From contig CAXXRD010000001.1 of assembly GCA_963663895.2 (NCBI GenBank), forward strand, positions 448,001 through 512,000: a stretch of DNA of 64,000 nucleotides, in the 5' to 3' direction. This DNA is from Dehalococcoidia bacterium (GTDB taxonomy: Bacteria > Chloroflexota > Dehalococcoidia > Bin125). The notes below the pieces were generated by a model that saw only the letters and a program-made list of their open reading frames with translations, was not told the origin of the DNA and ran no database searches. Position numbers and translations under genes: made by a program. Below are positions 44,283-54,019 of the stretch, piece by piece. Position 1 is the first letter of the stretch. Each line of letters begins with the position of its first letter.

Positions 44283-44981
44283 CTAAAGCAACATGCTCGA
44301 CGCCACCGCCAAGCATTCCGGATCGTCGTATCGAACCGAGTTAACCCGGGGGTTCACCGGCGTGCCCACGAGCGCATCATCTACTGCGGGCAGCAAGAGA
44401 GCGTGAAGCTTTGCCCGCTCCGCCGTAGGTGTGAACAGCCATTCGTCCACGGACCCTTCGTCGAGGATCACGGGCATCCGATCATGCACGCGTTCCACGA
44501 CTCGATTGGTTTTGGTCGTGATGATCGTGAAAGTGACTTGTGGAGTCTCCGGCTCGGAGTGCCCAATCTCGTACAGGCCAGCGAACAGGAGCAGTCCTCC
44601 GTCCCCACGGTGGAACCAGATCGGCCGTCGCGCCTTCTTGGGCCCCATCCATTCGAAATAGCCGTCCGCAGGCACGACGCAGCGCCGCTCTCCAAACGCT
44701 TCCCGGAAGGCGGGGCTGCGGTCGATCGTCTCTGCCCGTGCGTTGATCGGTCGCGCGGCGCGCTTTGCCGCGCGCGGTCCCCCATTCGCATGCACCAGTC
44801 CCCAGCGGGACGGGAGCAACTCTCGCTCCTCCCGCTCTCCGCGCAGGACCAAATGTTCGTCGGAGGGAGCGATGTTGTAACGCGGGCGGTATCGCTTGCG
44901 CTGGATCGCATCGAAAGCGACGCCCAACTCGAGCGCGAGCTGATCCGCAGTCCCGTAGGTCAGCGTAAAGCGACCGCACAT
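44283..44981 (-). CDS. SOS response-associated peptidase (SRAP/HMCES, abasic-site protector)
   Basis: MCGRF; YNIAP; INARAET; RC..PADGYFEW; HDRMPVIL. Confidence 0.92.
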   Translation of the reverse strand: MCGRFTLTYGTADQLALELGVAFDAIQRKRYRPRYNIAPSDEHLVLRGEREERELLPSRWGLVHANGGPRAAKRAARPINARAETIDRSPAFREAFGERRCVVPADGYFEWMGPKKARRPIWFHRGDGGLLLFAGLYEIGHSEPETPQVTFTIITTKTNRVVERVHDRMPVILDEGSVDEWLFTPTAERAKLHALLLPAVDDALVGTPVNPRVNSVRYDDPECLAVASSMLL

Positions 44982-45092
44982 ATGGTCAGTCTATCGGCCG
45001 GACCCGACCAACGCCCGCGACTGCATCTCGCCCTATCTGTATTTCGCAGCCGTCAACCGGCGCGGGCCGAAGGCGTACACTACAACTACTGC

Positions 45093-46316
45093 ATGGCTGA
45101 TCTCACTCTGTCGCCGTTCGAGATTCTGCGTCCGGAATTCCTCGCCGATCCGTACCCCGTCTACGCGCAGCTACGCGAGAGCGCACCCGTCTGGCGCAAC
45201 GCCGTCCTGCAAGGCTGGGTTCTCACTCGCTATCAAGACTGTGCGGCGGTGCTGCGTGACCACAAGACGTTCTCGTCCGACGCACGCCACGCGACGAGCC
45301 CGTTGGCCAAATTCCGGCTCCAGCAGGCCGCACAGGTTGGTCTGGCCGGCGACTCAGTCATCGGACGGGATCCGCCCGTGCATACACAGCTCCGTGCGCT
45401 GGTGAACAAAGCCTTCACGCCGGTGCGGGTGCAGCGACTCCGTTCGCACATTGAGGAACTGACGGACGCGCTCCTGGAGGAACGGAGTGGGGACACGTTC
45501 GACGTGATCGGGCAGTTGGCCGAGCCGCTTCCCATCATCGTAATCGCGGAGATGTTGGGGGTGCCGGCATCCGACCGCGCCACCTTCAAGCGTTGGTCAG
45601 CCGCGGTCGCGGCTGCCACGGACCCCTCCGTAACGCAGGACGCCATCGACACGATCGGCGCCAACATGGCGGAGCTCGAAGCGTACGTCGGCGGCTACCT
45701 GGACGCGTGCCGTCGGGAGCCCAGCGACGACCTGTTGAGCGCTCTCGTGCAGGCGGAAGAGGCCGGCGCAAGCATGTCGGAAGCGGAGCTGCTCGCCTTC
45801 ATCATCCTGCTGCTCGCGGCCGGCAACGTGACGACCACCGGGCTGATCGGCAACGCGGTCCTCGCGCTCGCCCGGCACCCGCAGCAAGCGGCCTGGCTGC
45901 GCGAGGATCCCTCACTGATCCCAGGCGCGATCGAGGAGCTGCTGCGCTACGACAGTCCCGTGCAAGTCGTGGTCCGCTTCGCACTACAGGACACGGAGAT
46001 CCGAGGCACGCCGATCGTCGCCGGTGATTCGATCCTCGTGGCGATCGGCGCCGCCAACCGCGACCCCGATCTGTTCCCAAACCCCGACTGCCTGAACGTG
46101 CGAAGGTCCGAGAACCATCACTACGCGTTCGGCCTCGGCATCCACTACTGTCTGGGCGCGGGTCTGGCGCGTCTTGAGGCGGAAGTGGCGTTGCAGGCGC
46201 TGCTGAATCGTTTCCAAACGTTCGATCTGGCCGCTATGGCCCCGGCTTACAGCGGAACGCTGGTCCTCCGCAGGCTGGAGGCGCTCCCGCTTCGCTGGGC
46301 GCCGCCGGTTCGGTAG
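45093..46316 (+). CDS. Cytochrome P450
   Basis: DPPVH..LR; EELLR; AANRDP; FGLGIHYCLG heme motif. Confidence 0.92.
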   Translation: MADLTLSPFEILRPEFLADPYPVYAQLRESAPVWRNAVLQGWVLTRYQDCAAVLRDHKTFSSDARHATSPLAKFRLQQAAQVGLAGDSVIGRDPPVHTQLRALVNKAFTPVRVQRLRSHIEELTDALLEERSGDTFDVIGQLAEPLPIIVIAEMLGVPASDRATFKRWSAAVAAATDPSVTQDAIDTIGANMAELEAYVGGYLDACRREPSDDLLSALVQAEEAGASMSEAELLAFIILLLAAGNVTTTGLIGNAVLALARHPQQAAWLREDPSLIPGAIEELLRYDSPVQVVVRFALQDTEIRGTPIVAGDSILVAIGAANRDPDLFPNPDCLNVRRSENHHYAFGLGIHYCLGAGLARLEAEVALQALLNRFQTFDLAAMAPAYSGTLVLRRLEALPLRWAPPVR

Positions 46317-46324
46317 CCGACGCG

Positions 46325-49300
46325 GTGGACGTACTCTCGGACTTTCATCCGGCGATCCGAGCCTGGTTCCGCCAGCGCTTCTCCGCTCCTACCGATGCGC
46401 AGGCGGAGGGTTGGCCTCACATCCGCGCAGGCAGCGACACGCTGATCGCCGCGCCCACAGGTTCGGGAAAAACGCTCGCCGCATTCCTCGCCGGCATCGA
46501 CGCCCTGATCCGCCAGGCCAAGCGTGAACCACTCGATGACGCCGTCTCGATCCTCTACATCTCTCCCCTGCGCGCGCTGGGCAACGACATCCACCGCAAT
46601 CTGGAGACGCCTTTAGCCGAGATTCGCCGCGTCGCGGCGAGCTTGGGCGAGGAACTGCCGGAGATCCGTGTCGCAGTCCGGAGCGGAGACACGCCCGCGT
46701 CCAAGCGGCAGGCGCTCACGCGCAAGCCGCCGCACATCCTCATCACGACGCCGGAGTCGCTCTACCTGCTCCTCAGCGCGGAGCGCAGCCGCAGCACGCT
46801 GCGCCACGTGCGCACGGTGATCGTGGATGAGATCCACGCCCTCGTCGGGAACCGCCGCGGCACGCACCTGGCACTGTCGCTCGCACGGCTGGACCACGTG
46901 GCCGAGAAGCGGCCGGTGCGGATCGGCCTCTCCGCGACGCAGAAACCGATCGCAGGGATGGCCCAGTTTCTGGTCGGCAGCGACCGGCGCAGGGGCGATG
47001 GCTCGCCCGACTGCGCGCTCGTCGATCTCGGTCACCAGCGCGACCTCGACATCGCGATCGAAGTGCCGCCGTCGGAGCTGGACGCGATCATCTCGCATCC
47101 GCAGTGGGACGAGATCTACGAGCGGCTAGCGGAGCTGATCGGCGCCCACCACACAACCCTGATCTTCGTCAACACACGGGCGCTCGCGGAGCGCGTGGGG
47201 CATCGGTTAGCCGAGCGCATGGGCGAAGACAAGGTCGCCGGGCATCACGGCAGCCTCTCGAAAGAGCGACGGCTCCGGCTGGAAGAGCGGCTGCGCAGCG
47301 GCGACCTCGCCGCGCTCGTCACGACCTCGGCCCTGGAGCTCGGGATCGATATCGGCGGGATCGATCTCGTCTGCCAGATCGGCTCCCCACGCCGCATCGC
47401 CACCTTCTTGCAACGGGTGGGACGCTCCGGACACGCCTTAGGCCTCCAACCAAAAGGGCGGCTGCTTCCCACCACGCGCGACGAACTGGTGGAGTGCGCG
47501 GCCCTGGTCCGGGCCGTCCGAGCGGGGCGCCTCGATCGCATCGCGCCCCTAGACGCGCCGCTGGATGTACTGGCGCAGCAGATCGTGGCGGAGTGTGCGA
47601 GCGAGCCCTGGCCGGCCGCTGATCTCTACGCCCTCTGCCGGCGCGCGACGCCGTACCAGACGCTGGATCGCGCCGCCTTCGACGAGATCGTGACGATGCT
47701 GGCCGCCGGCGTCGGGGAGGGCGGCGGGCGCGCCAAGCCACTGCTCCACTACGACCGGATCAACGACATGGTGCGCGGGCGGCGGCACGCTCGCATCACG
47801 GCCCTCACAAACGGCGGCGTCATCCCGGAGCTGGGCGACTACCGCGTCTTGGCGGACCCCGACGACACTTTCGTCGGGATGCTGAACGAGGACTTCGCGA
47901 TCGAGAGCCAAGCGGGCGACATCTTCCTGCTGGGAACGACCTCCTGGCGGATCCGCAAAGTCGAGACCGGGATCGTGCGGGTGCAGGACGCCCAAGGCGC
48001 GCCCCCCACCGTGCCCTTCTGGCTGGGCGAGGGACCGGGCCGGTCGGTCGAGCTGTCGGCAGAGGTGGGACGGCTGCGCCGCGAGATCGTGGCCGGGCTG
48101 CACGAGCCCGAGGCGCTCCGGAAGCGGCTGACGGCGGAGGCCAGGCTGGACGGCTCCGGCGCCGCACAGCTGATCGACTATGTCCGCGTGACACACGAAG
48201 CACTGGGGGTAATGCCCTCCGACTGCGACGTGGTGTTTGAGCGCTTTTTCGACGAGTCGGGGGGGATGCAGCTCGTCGTGCATGCGCCCTTCGGCTCGCG
48301 CATCAACCGCGCCTGGGGACTGGCGCTGCGCAAGCAGTTCTGCGTCCGCTTCGACTTCGAGCTGCAGGCAGCCGCCAACGACGACGCGATCTTGCTTTCG
48401 CTCGGACCCGCCCAGAGCTTCCCGCTGGAGGAAGCCTTCGCATACGTGCGGCCGTCGAGCGCGCCACCAGCCGTCGAGCAATCCCTGATCTACATCCCGC
48501 TGTTCGGCACGCGCTGGCGCTGGAATGCGACCCGCGCGCTGGCCGTCCAGCGGCAGCGAGGCGGCAAGAAGGTGCCGCCGCCCATTCAGCGGATGCGCTC
48601 GGACGACCTTCTGGCAGCCGTCTTCCCCCAGTCCGTCGGCTGCCAAGAGAATGTAAGTGGCCCCATTGCGATGCCCGATCACCCCCTGATCCGGCAAACC
48701 GTGCGCGATTGCATGGAAGAGGCGATGGACGTACCGGGCCTCGTCGAGATCCTGGAGCGGATCGAAAGCAGCGCCGTCGGCCTGCACGCGCGCGACTCCA
48801 CCACACCCTCTCCCATGGCGCACGAGATCATCGGTGCGAAACCCTACGCCTTCTTGGACGACGCGCCGTTGGAGGAACGCCGCGCCCGCGCGGTGATGCT
48901 GCGCCGCGCGCTGCCGGAGCATGCCCGCGACCTCGGCGCGCTTGACTCCAGCGCCATCGAACGCGTGCGCCAAGAGGCGCGGCCGGCGCCGCGGGACGCC
49001 GAAGAGGCGCACGAAGTGCTCAGCACGCTGGTGGCCGCGACGCAGGGGCTGGTGGAGCCTTGGCGGCACTGGGCCGAGGAGCTGCGCGACACGGGACGCG
49101 CCGCCCTCGCGCGAACCGACCGGGGCTCCGTGTGGCTCGCGGCCGAGAACGTCAATCTGATCGCCCTGCTGTTCCCGGACGCGCCGATTGAACCGCGGCG
49201 GAATCTGCCGGAGGGCGTCGCGGCCGAGGCAGACGACCGCGAGGCCGCACGGCTGCAGCTGCTCCGCGGCCACATGGAGATCGCCGGACCGGTGACCGCG

Positions 49301-50551
49301 GCGGCGCTCGCGGCGCAGACTGCCCTCGATCCCAGCGACATCCAGCGCGGCCTTCAGCAGCTGGAGGCGGGAGGCCAGGTCCTGCGCGGCACCTTCACGC
49401 GCCAAGCCGCCGCCGGATCGGAATTCTGCGACCGCGCCCTGCTGGCTCGGATCCATCGCTATACGCTCGATCGCCTGCGCCGCGAGATCGAGCCCGTCAC
49501 GGCCCAAGACTTCATGCGCTTCCTCTTGCGCTGGCAGCACTGCACCTCCGATACCCGCGTGCACGGCAAGGCGGGACTGCGGGAGGTGCTCCGGCAGCTC
49601 CAGGGCTTCGAGCTGCCGGCTTCGGCCTGGGAGCGCGAGGTGCTGCCGCTGCGGATCGGCAACTATCAGCCGGCGTGGCTGGACGAGCTCTGCCTGGCCG
49701 GGGAGTTCGTCTGGGTGCGGCTCACCCCGAAACGCGGCACGGCGACCGGCAGCGCGATCGCTCCCTCCCGCGCGACGCCGGTCACGATCGCACGGCGGGC
49801 GGACTTCGCCACCTTGCTCGCAGCCGTGCGCCTCCACGACGATCTCCCCGCCCCCGCGAGCGGCGCCGCCAAGGATCTGCTCACACTGCTGCACGAGCGC
49901 GGCGCGCTCTTCACCGAGGAGCTGATCGCGGCCACGCGGCGCTTGCCATCAGACGTCGAGGGCGGGCTACGGGAGCTCGTCGCGCGCGGCCTGGCGACGG
50001 CCGACGGTTTCCAGGGCCTGCGTCAACTGATCGGCGGGTCCAGGGCGACGCCGCGCCGCCCGGGCGGGCGCTTCCTGCGCAGCGGTCCGGCGGGGCGCTG
50101 GGCGCTGATCGCGCAACAACCCAAGGTGGAAGGCGAAGCGGTGGAAGATCTGGCCGAGCATACCGCCAAGATCTTGCTGGCTCGCTACGGCGTCGTGTGC
50201 CGGGATCTCCTGACCCGCGAAAGCATTGGTCTCCCTTGGCGCGAGATCGTGCGCGCCCTCCGGCGCCTCGAAGCCCGCGGCGACGTGCGCGGCGGGCGCT
50301 TCATCGGCAGCCTCGTGGGAGAGCAGTACGCGCTCGCCGAAGCCGTCGACGCTCTCCGCGCCGTCCGGCGCCGCGCGCGGTCCGAGGAGCAGGTGCGCCT
50401 CAGCGCGGTCGACCCGCTCAACCTAGTGGGGGTGATTCTGCCCGGCGAGAAAGTGGCGGCGCGCGCCGGATCGAAGGTCACGCTCGTCGACGGCGCCTTC
50501 AGCGCGCCGGCGCCCGCGACTCCCCCCGCGCGCCACGAGAGCCTCGTCTAG
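46325..50551 (+). CDS. lhr: Lhr-family SF2 helicase, long form with C-terminal winged-helix domains
   Basis: APTGSGKT; TTPESL; DEIH; SAT; HHGSLS; LELGID; QRVGRSGH; C-terminal LLARYGVV...GGRF. Confidence 0.9.
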   Translation: MDVLSDFHPAIRAWFRQRFSAPTDAQAEGWPHIRAGSDTLIAAPTGSGKTLAAFLAGIDALIRQAKREPLDDAVSILYISPLRALGNDIHRNLETPLAEIRRVAASLGEELPEIRVAVRSGDTPASKRQALTRKPPHILITTPESLYLLLSAERSRSTLRHVRTVIVDEIHALVGNRRGTHLALSLARLDHVAEKRPVRIGLSATQKPIAGMAQFLVGSDRRRGDGSPDCALVDLGHQRDLDIAIEVPPSELDAIISHPQWDEIYERLAELIGAHHTTLIFVNTRALAERVGHRLAERMGEDKVAGHHGSLSKERRLRLEERLRSGDLAALVTTSALELGIDIGGIDLVCQIGSPRRIATFLQRVGRSGHALGLQPKGRLLPTTRDELVECAALVRAVRAGRLDRIAPLDAPLDVLAQQIVAECASEPWPAADLYALCRRATPYQTLDRAAFDEIVTMLAAGVGEGGGRAKPLLHYDRINDMVRGRRHARITALTNGGVIPELGDYRVLADPDDTFVGMLNEDFAIESQAGDIFLLGTTSWRIRKVETGIVRVQDAQGAPPTVPFWLGEGPGRSVELSAEVGRLRREIVAGLHEPEALRKRLTAEARLDGSGAAQLIDYVRVTHEALGVMPSDCDVVFERFFDESGGMQLVVHAPFGSRINRAWGLALRKQFCVRFDFELQAAANDDAILLSLGPAQSFPLEEAFAYVRPSSAPPAVEQSLIYIPLFGTRWRWNATRALAVQRQRGGKKVPPPIQRMRSDDLLAAVFPQSVGCQENVSGPIAMPDHPLIRQTVRDCMEEAMDVPGLVEILERIESSAVGLHARDSTTPSPMAHEIIGAKPYAFLDDAPLEERRARAVMLRRALPEHARDLGALDSSAIERVRQEARPAPRDAEEAHEVLSTLVAATQGLVEPWRHWAEELRDTGRAALARTDRGSVWLAAENVNLIALLFPDAPIEPRRNLPEGVAAEADDREAARLQLLRGHMEIAGPVTAAALAAQTALDPSDIQRGLQQLEAGGQVLRGTFTRQAAAGSEFCDRALLARIHRYTLDRLRREIEPVTAQDFMRFLLRWQHCTSDTRVHGKAGLREVLRQLQGFELPASAWEREVLPLRIGNYQPAWLDELCLAGEFVWVRLTPKRGTATGSAIAPSRATPVTIARRADFATLLAAVRLHDDLPAPASGAAKDLLTLLHERGALFTEELIAATRRLPSDVEGGLRELVARGLATADGFQGLRQLIGGSRATPRRPGGRFLRSGPAGRWALIAQQPKVEGEAVEDLAEHTAKILLARYGVVCRDLLTRESIGLPWREIVRALRRLEARGDVRGGRFIGSLVGEQYALAEAVDALRAVRRRARSEEQVRLSAVDPLNLVGVILPGEKVAARAGSKVTLVDGAFSAPAPATPPARHESLV

Positions 50552-51357
50552 AACTTGCCGCCGTAGCTCCGCGCCAGGATGCCGCTGGGATCGCTCTGAA
50601 TCCCCAAGGTCGGGATCGGGTAGCGCAGCCCGTTCTTATGGAGACGCGCCAATCCCTCGACGGCTTTCGGCAAAAAGCGCGGGGGAATCGCCATCAACAG
50701 CTCGTCGTCCGCCACGCCGCCGAAGCTGCGCTCGGCGTAGCACGGGATCGAAACGGAGGGCTGGTCCGTCGTCAGGGCGCGGCCCCAGGAATCGCCGCAA
50801 GCGCTCTCGCCCACGCAGGTGAAGTCGTACTTGCGGTAGCCCGAGAACTGGAGGCCGTTAATCAGGATGATCATCTGGCCCGGCGTGGCGTAGATGAGGC
50901 AGATGTCGGGCGGATCGAGCCGGCCCAACGCCAGCGGCGACACCGCCACGGCCTCGTAGCGCCCGTGGGGGACGACGTCGAGGGCCGCCTGGTGGGCGGC
51001 CGCGTCGGCCTTCGTCTCGTACCACACGCCCGCCATGCGCTCACCGCTGCGCCACTGTGGATCTTGCGGGCGCAGTCCCAGAACGGCGCCGCACTGCGCG
51101 GCGGCCAGGTCGGCGTTCGTGATACCGACGGTCCAGCGCATCCAGCGCGCCTGGGCGACGATCTGGTCGAAGGTGTGCGACGCCTGCGGCCGGCGCAGCC
51201 GTTCGACCCGCTCCATCTCCGCCTCCGTCTCGAACAGCTTCATTCCGACGGGGATCGAGCGCAGACGCAGATAGCGCTCAAGGCCTTCGACGATCCCGGA
51301 CCAGTCGTAGCTGTCAGGCTCGGGAGGATCCATGCTGCTGCTCACATCGTCCGCCAT
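50548..51357 (-). CDS. DUF169 family protein
   Basis: L.LRS.PVG; PD...YATPGQ; ESAC.D; PCYAER.FGG..DDEL. Confidence 0.8.
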   Translation of the reverse strand: MADDVSSSMDPPEPDSYDWSGIVEGLERYLRLRSIPVGMKLFETEAEMERVERLRRPQASHTFDQIVAQARWMRWTVGITNADLAAAQCGAVLGLRPQDPQWRSGERMAGVWYETKADAAAHQAALDVVPHGRYEAVAVSPLALGRLDPPDICLIYATPGQMIILINGLQFSGYRKYDFTCVGESACGDSWGRALTTDQPSVSIPCYAERSFGGVADDELLMAIPPRFLPKAVEGLARLHKNGLRYPIPTLGIQSDPSGILARSYGGKF

Positions 51358-51474
51358 CGGGTCCCTCCTCACGTAACGCGGCAATCCTCTCACGCGTGGA
51401 AGAAGAAGATAAGCGACGATTGCCGGGCACGGGTATAGCATGCGCGCGACACGATCGAGCGGAAGGAGTCCTTC

Positions 51475-52671
51475 GTGGCAGCACTGGACGGAATGCGCAT
51501 CCTCGACATGACCCAGTACGAGGCGGGGACTTCCTGCACGCAAATGCTAGCCTGGCTCGGCGCGGACGTCGTCAAGGTCGAGCGCCCGGAGCACGGCGAT
51601 CCCGGCCGCCGCGTGGGCGGCTCCGGCAGAGGCGGCAGCAGCGCCTACTTCCTCAACTACAACAGCAACAAGCGCAGCGTGGCGCTTTCACTCCGCTCGG
51701 AAGAGGGGCGGAGCTTGCTGCTGCAGCTCGTCCCCAAGTTCGACGCCTTCGTGGAGAACTACGGCCCGGGCGTCATGGAAAAGCTCGGGATCGGCTACGA
51801 CGTCATGCGCACGCTGAACCCGCGCATCATCTACGCCCGGATCAAGGGCTTCGGCCTCTCGGGGCCGTACAGCAGCTTCAACTGCTACGACCAAGTCGCC
51901 CAGGCCACCGGCGGATCATTTTCGGTCACGGGGGAGCGGGGGGGCACGCCGCTCCTCTCCGGCGCGACGTTCGCGGACAGCGGCACGGGCGCCCAGCTCG
52001 CGCTCGCGATCACGGCCGCCTACGTGCAGCAGCAACGGACCGGGGAAGGCCAGCTAATCGAGCTGTCCATGCAGGAGGCCGTGACCACATTCATGCGCAC
52101 GCAGGTGGCGCTGTTCTCCGACTGGGGCCGCAAGACCGCGCCGCGCGACGCGATCCGCGCCGGCTTCTCGCCCGATCCCCTGGCCTGCAAGCCGGGAGGC
52201 AGCAACGACTACATCTACATGGTGATCGTGACGCCGGAGATGTGGGCCGGAGTCTGCGAGACGATCGAGCGGCCCGACCTCCTGCAAGACGAGCGCTTCG
52301 CGACCTTGCATGGGCGCCGTGAGAACCGGGACGCCCTCCACGCCGAGATCGCCCAATGGACCGCGACCCGGACGAAGTACGAGGCGATGGAAGCGTTCGG
52401 CGCACGCGGCGTCCCCTGCGGCGCCGTGATGGACACCCGCGATCTCTTCGAGAACCCCCACCTGCAGGCGCGCGACTTCATCCAGCACGTCGACCACCCC
52501 ACCGAAGGACGCGTCCCCTTGATGCGTCCGGCGGCACGGCTTGCCAACTCCCCGGTGACGATGGAGCCGGCGCCCCTGCTCGGCCAGCACACGGACGAGG
52601 TCCTGCGCGAAGAGCTGGGGCTGGACGACGGCGAGCTGGCGACGCTGCGGGAAGCGGGGACGGTTGGCTAA
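51475..52671 (+). CDS. Family III CoA-transferase (formyl-CoA transferase-like)
   Basis: LDMTQYEAG; GADVVKVE; NKRS; ENYGPG; AD.GTG; APLLGQHT. Confidence 0.9.
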   Translation: MAALDGMRILDMTQYEAGTSCTQMLAWLGADVVKVERPEHGDPGRRVGGSGRGGSSAYFLNYNSNKRSVALSLRSEEGRSLLLQLVPKFDAFVENYGPGVMEKLGIGYDVMRTLNPRIIYARIKGFGLSGPYSSFNCYDQVAQATGGSFSVTGERGGTPLLSGATFADSGTGAQLALAITAAYVQQQRTGEGQLIELSMQEAVTTFMRTQVALFSDWGRKTAPRDAIRAGFSPDPLACKPGGSNDYIYMVIVTPEMWAGVCETIERPDLLQDERFATLHGRRENRDALHAEIAQWTATRTKYEAMEAFGARGVPCGAVMDTRDLFENPHLQARDFIQHVDHPTEGRVPLMRPAARLANSPVTMEPAPLLGQHTDEVLREELGLDDGELATLREAGTVG

Positions 52672-53203
52672 GCGCGGCCTGCCGCCGATTCTGCCCCGGT
52701 CGATCCGCGTCCTCATCCTCGGCTCCCTGCCGAGCGACGCCTCCATCGCCAAGCAGCAGTACTACGGGCACCCGCAAAACCACTTCTGGCGCGTGCTGGA
52801 GGCGTGCGGGGCCGTCGAATCGGCCGCCGCGCCCTATGCGAAGCGGGTCCGCGACCTCAAGGCGCGCGGGATCGCCGTCTGGGACCTCTACGCCGCCGCG
52901 GACCGCGAGGGCAGCGGCGACGACAAGATCCGCGATCCGATCCCGAACGCGATCGAGGCGCTGTGGGAGGAGCGGGGACCCTTCCCCGTCCTGCTGAACG
53001 GCCGGCGCCGGCACGAGTGGCGCCGGCACTTCGGCGCCCTGCCGGTCGAGCCGATCGAGCTGCCCTCCACCAGCCCCCGGCCGCTGCACTGGAACACCCC
53101 CGCGGACCGCGCCGCGGCAGTCGCCGAGTGGCGCAGCGCGCTGCGCGCCGCCCTGGGGACCAGCAGGCCCCGTCCGCGCCCGGGAAACGCAGCCAGGAGC
53201 TAA
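52664..53203 (+). CDS. UDG superfamily DNA-deoxyinosine (hypoxanthine) glycosylase-like
   Basis: LILGSLPS..S...QQYYGHPQNHFW; IAVWD; LPSTSP. Confidence 0.82.
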   Translation: MAKRGLPPILPRSIRVLILGSLPSDASIAKQQYYGHPQNHFWRVLEACGAVESAAAPYAKRVRDLKARGIAVWDLYAAADREGSGDDKIRDPIPNAIEALWEERGPFPVLLNGRRRHEWRRHFGALPVEPIELPSTSPRPLHWNTPADRAAAVAEWRSALRAALGTSRPRPRPGNAARS

Positions 53204-53229
53204 GCACCGTGAACCCTGGGCCTACACGT

Positions 53230-53359
53230 ACTGTACTGCGAACTTTCCGCTGGGCAGTCAATCTATAGGGTAAGGGGTGGCCCCAGCCGATCAGCCCCGC
53301 GAGCAGGACAGCCTCGCCTGAGCACTGCGCAGGCCACCCGAATCAGTTCGCAGTACAGT
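53230..53359. mobile_element. MITE-like 130-bp element / IS relic with 15-bp terminal inverted repeats
   Basis: actgtactgcgaact (53230-53244) / agttcgcagtacagt (53345-53359); no transposase. Confidence 0.55.
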
Positions 53360-53387
53360 CCGTCACGACCGGAAATCGTGAGCTTAC
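53314..53387 (+). repeat. Direct repeat copy A bounding the methylase island
   Basis: tcgcctgagcactgc...gttcgcagtacagtccgtcacg..cggaaatcgtgagc.tac, also found at 56908-56975. Confidence 0.85.
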
Positions 53388-53449
53388 ACGTTACCCAACT
53401 CAGCCAATCTCTCCGATCTCAGCCTCCGGCCCATCTGAGGCGCTCAGGG

Positions 53450-54019
53450 TCAACGCAGCGCCGTCGAGCTGATCCGTTTAAGAACCTCGGCCTTGACCAT
53501 CGAGATCGCTTCATCGAGCAGTTGATCAAGGTATTCGATGCTGCCCTGCTGGGCAGGTTCAGCCGTAAGAGCGACACCGAAGTGTGACCTCGGGAGCGGG
53601 TTAGCGGCTGCCTTCACATGCAAGTGAGGCAAGTTGCTGTACCCGCTCCCGTCCCCTACCGAATGCCAATGGAACGCTACTATCTCCTTCGGTTCCTCGT
53701 CTCGGCCGCGATGCTGCAGCAGATGGAAGTACACGCTCTGGAGCCTGAACTCTTGCGCATCGTGGCGTGTGGGTCTCCAACGCTCACCGTATTGACAAAC
53801 TAGAGAATCCACACTTGACGGGAAGCTCCAGCGTCGAACATCGCTTGTAAGTTGTTCGCCAGATCTGACCGCGAGAACGAACTCCTCGGACGTCGATTTG
53901 GGCTCGACATAGAGGTGTGCATCAGAGACTACTTGGAGCCGTTTCCTGATCCCACTCCGGCGCTCTTGCCTTAGGGACTGTGCGTCGCAAACTACGTTCG
54001 GCACTGCAGGGCCAGTCAA
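53450..54019 (-). CDS. Hypothetical protein with FHWH...PHLH...HF motifs, directly downstream of the methylase
   Basis: TTG start abuts the methylase stop; low GC like its neighbour. Confidence 0.65.
   Translation of the reverse strand: MTGPAVPNVVCDAQSLRQERRSGIRKRLQVVSDAHLYVEPKSTSEEFVLAVRSGEQLTSDVRRWSFPSSVDSLVCQYGERWRPTRHDAQEFRLQSVYFHLLQHRGRDEEPKEIVAFHWHSVGDGSGYSNLPHLHVKAAANPLPRSHFGVALTAEPAQQGSIEYLDQLLDEAISMVKAEVLKRISSTALR

Noticed and set aside
44205-46316. 703-aa P450 with a long N-terminal extension
   Set aside because: The extension is antisense to SRAP; P450 similarity starts at ATG 45093
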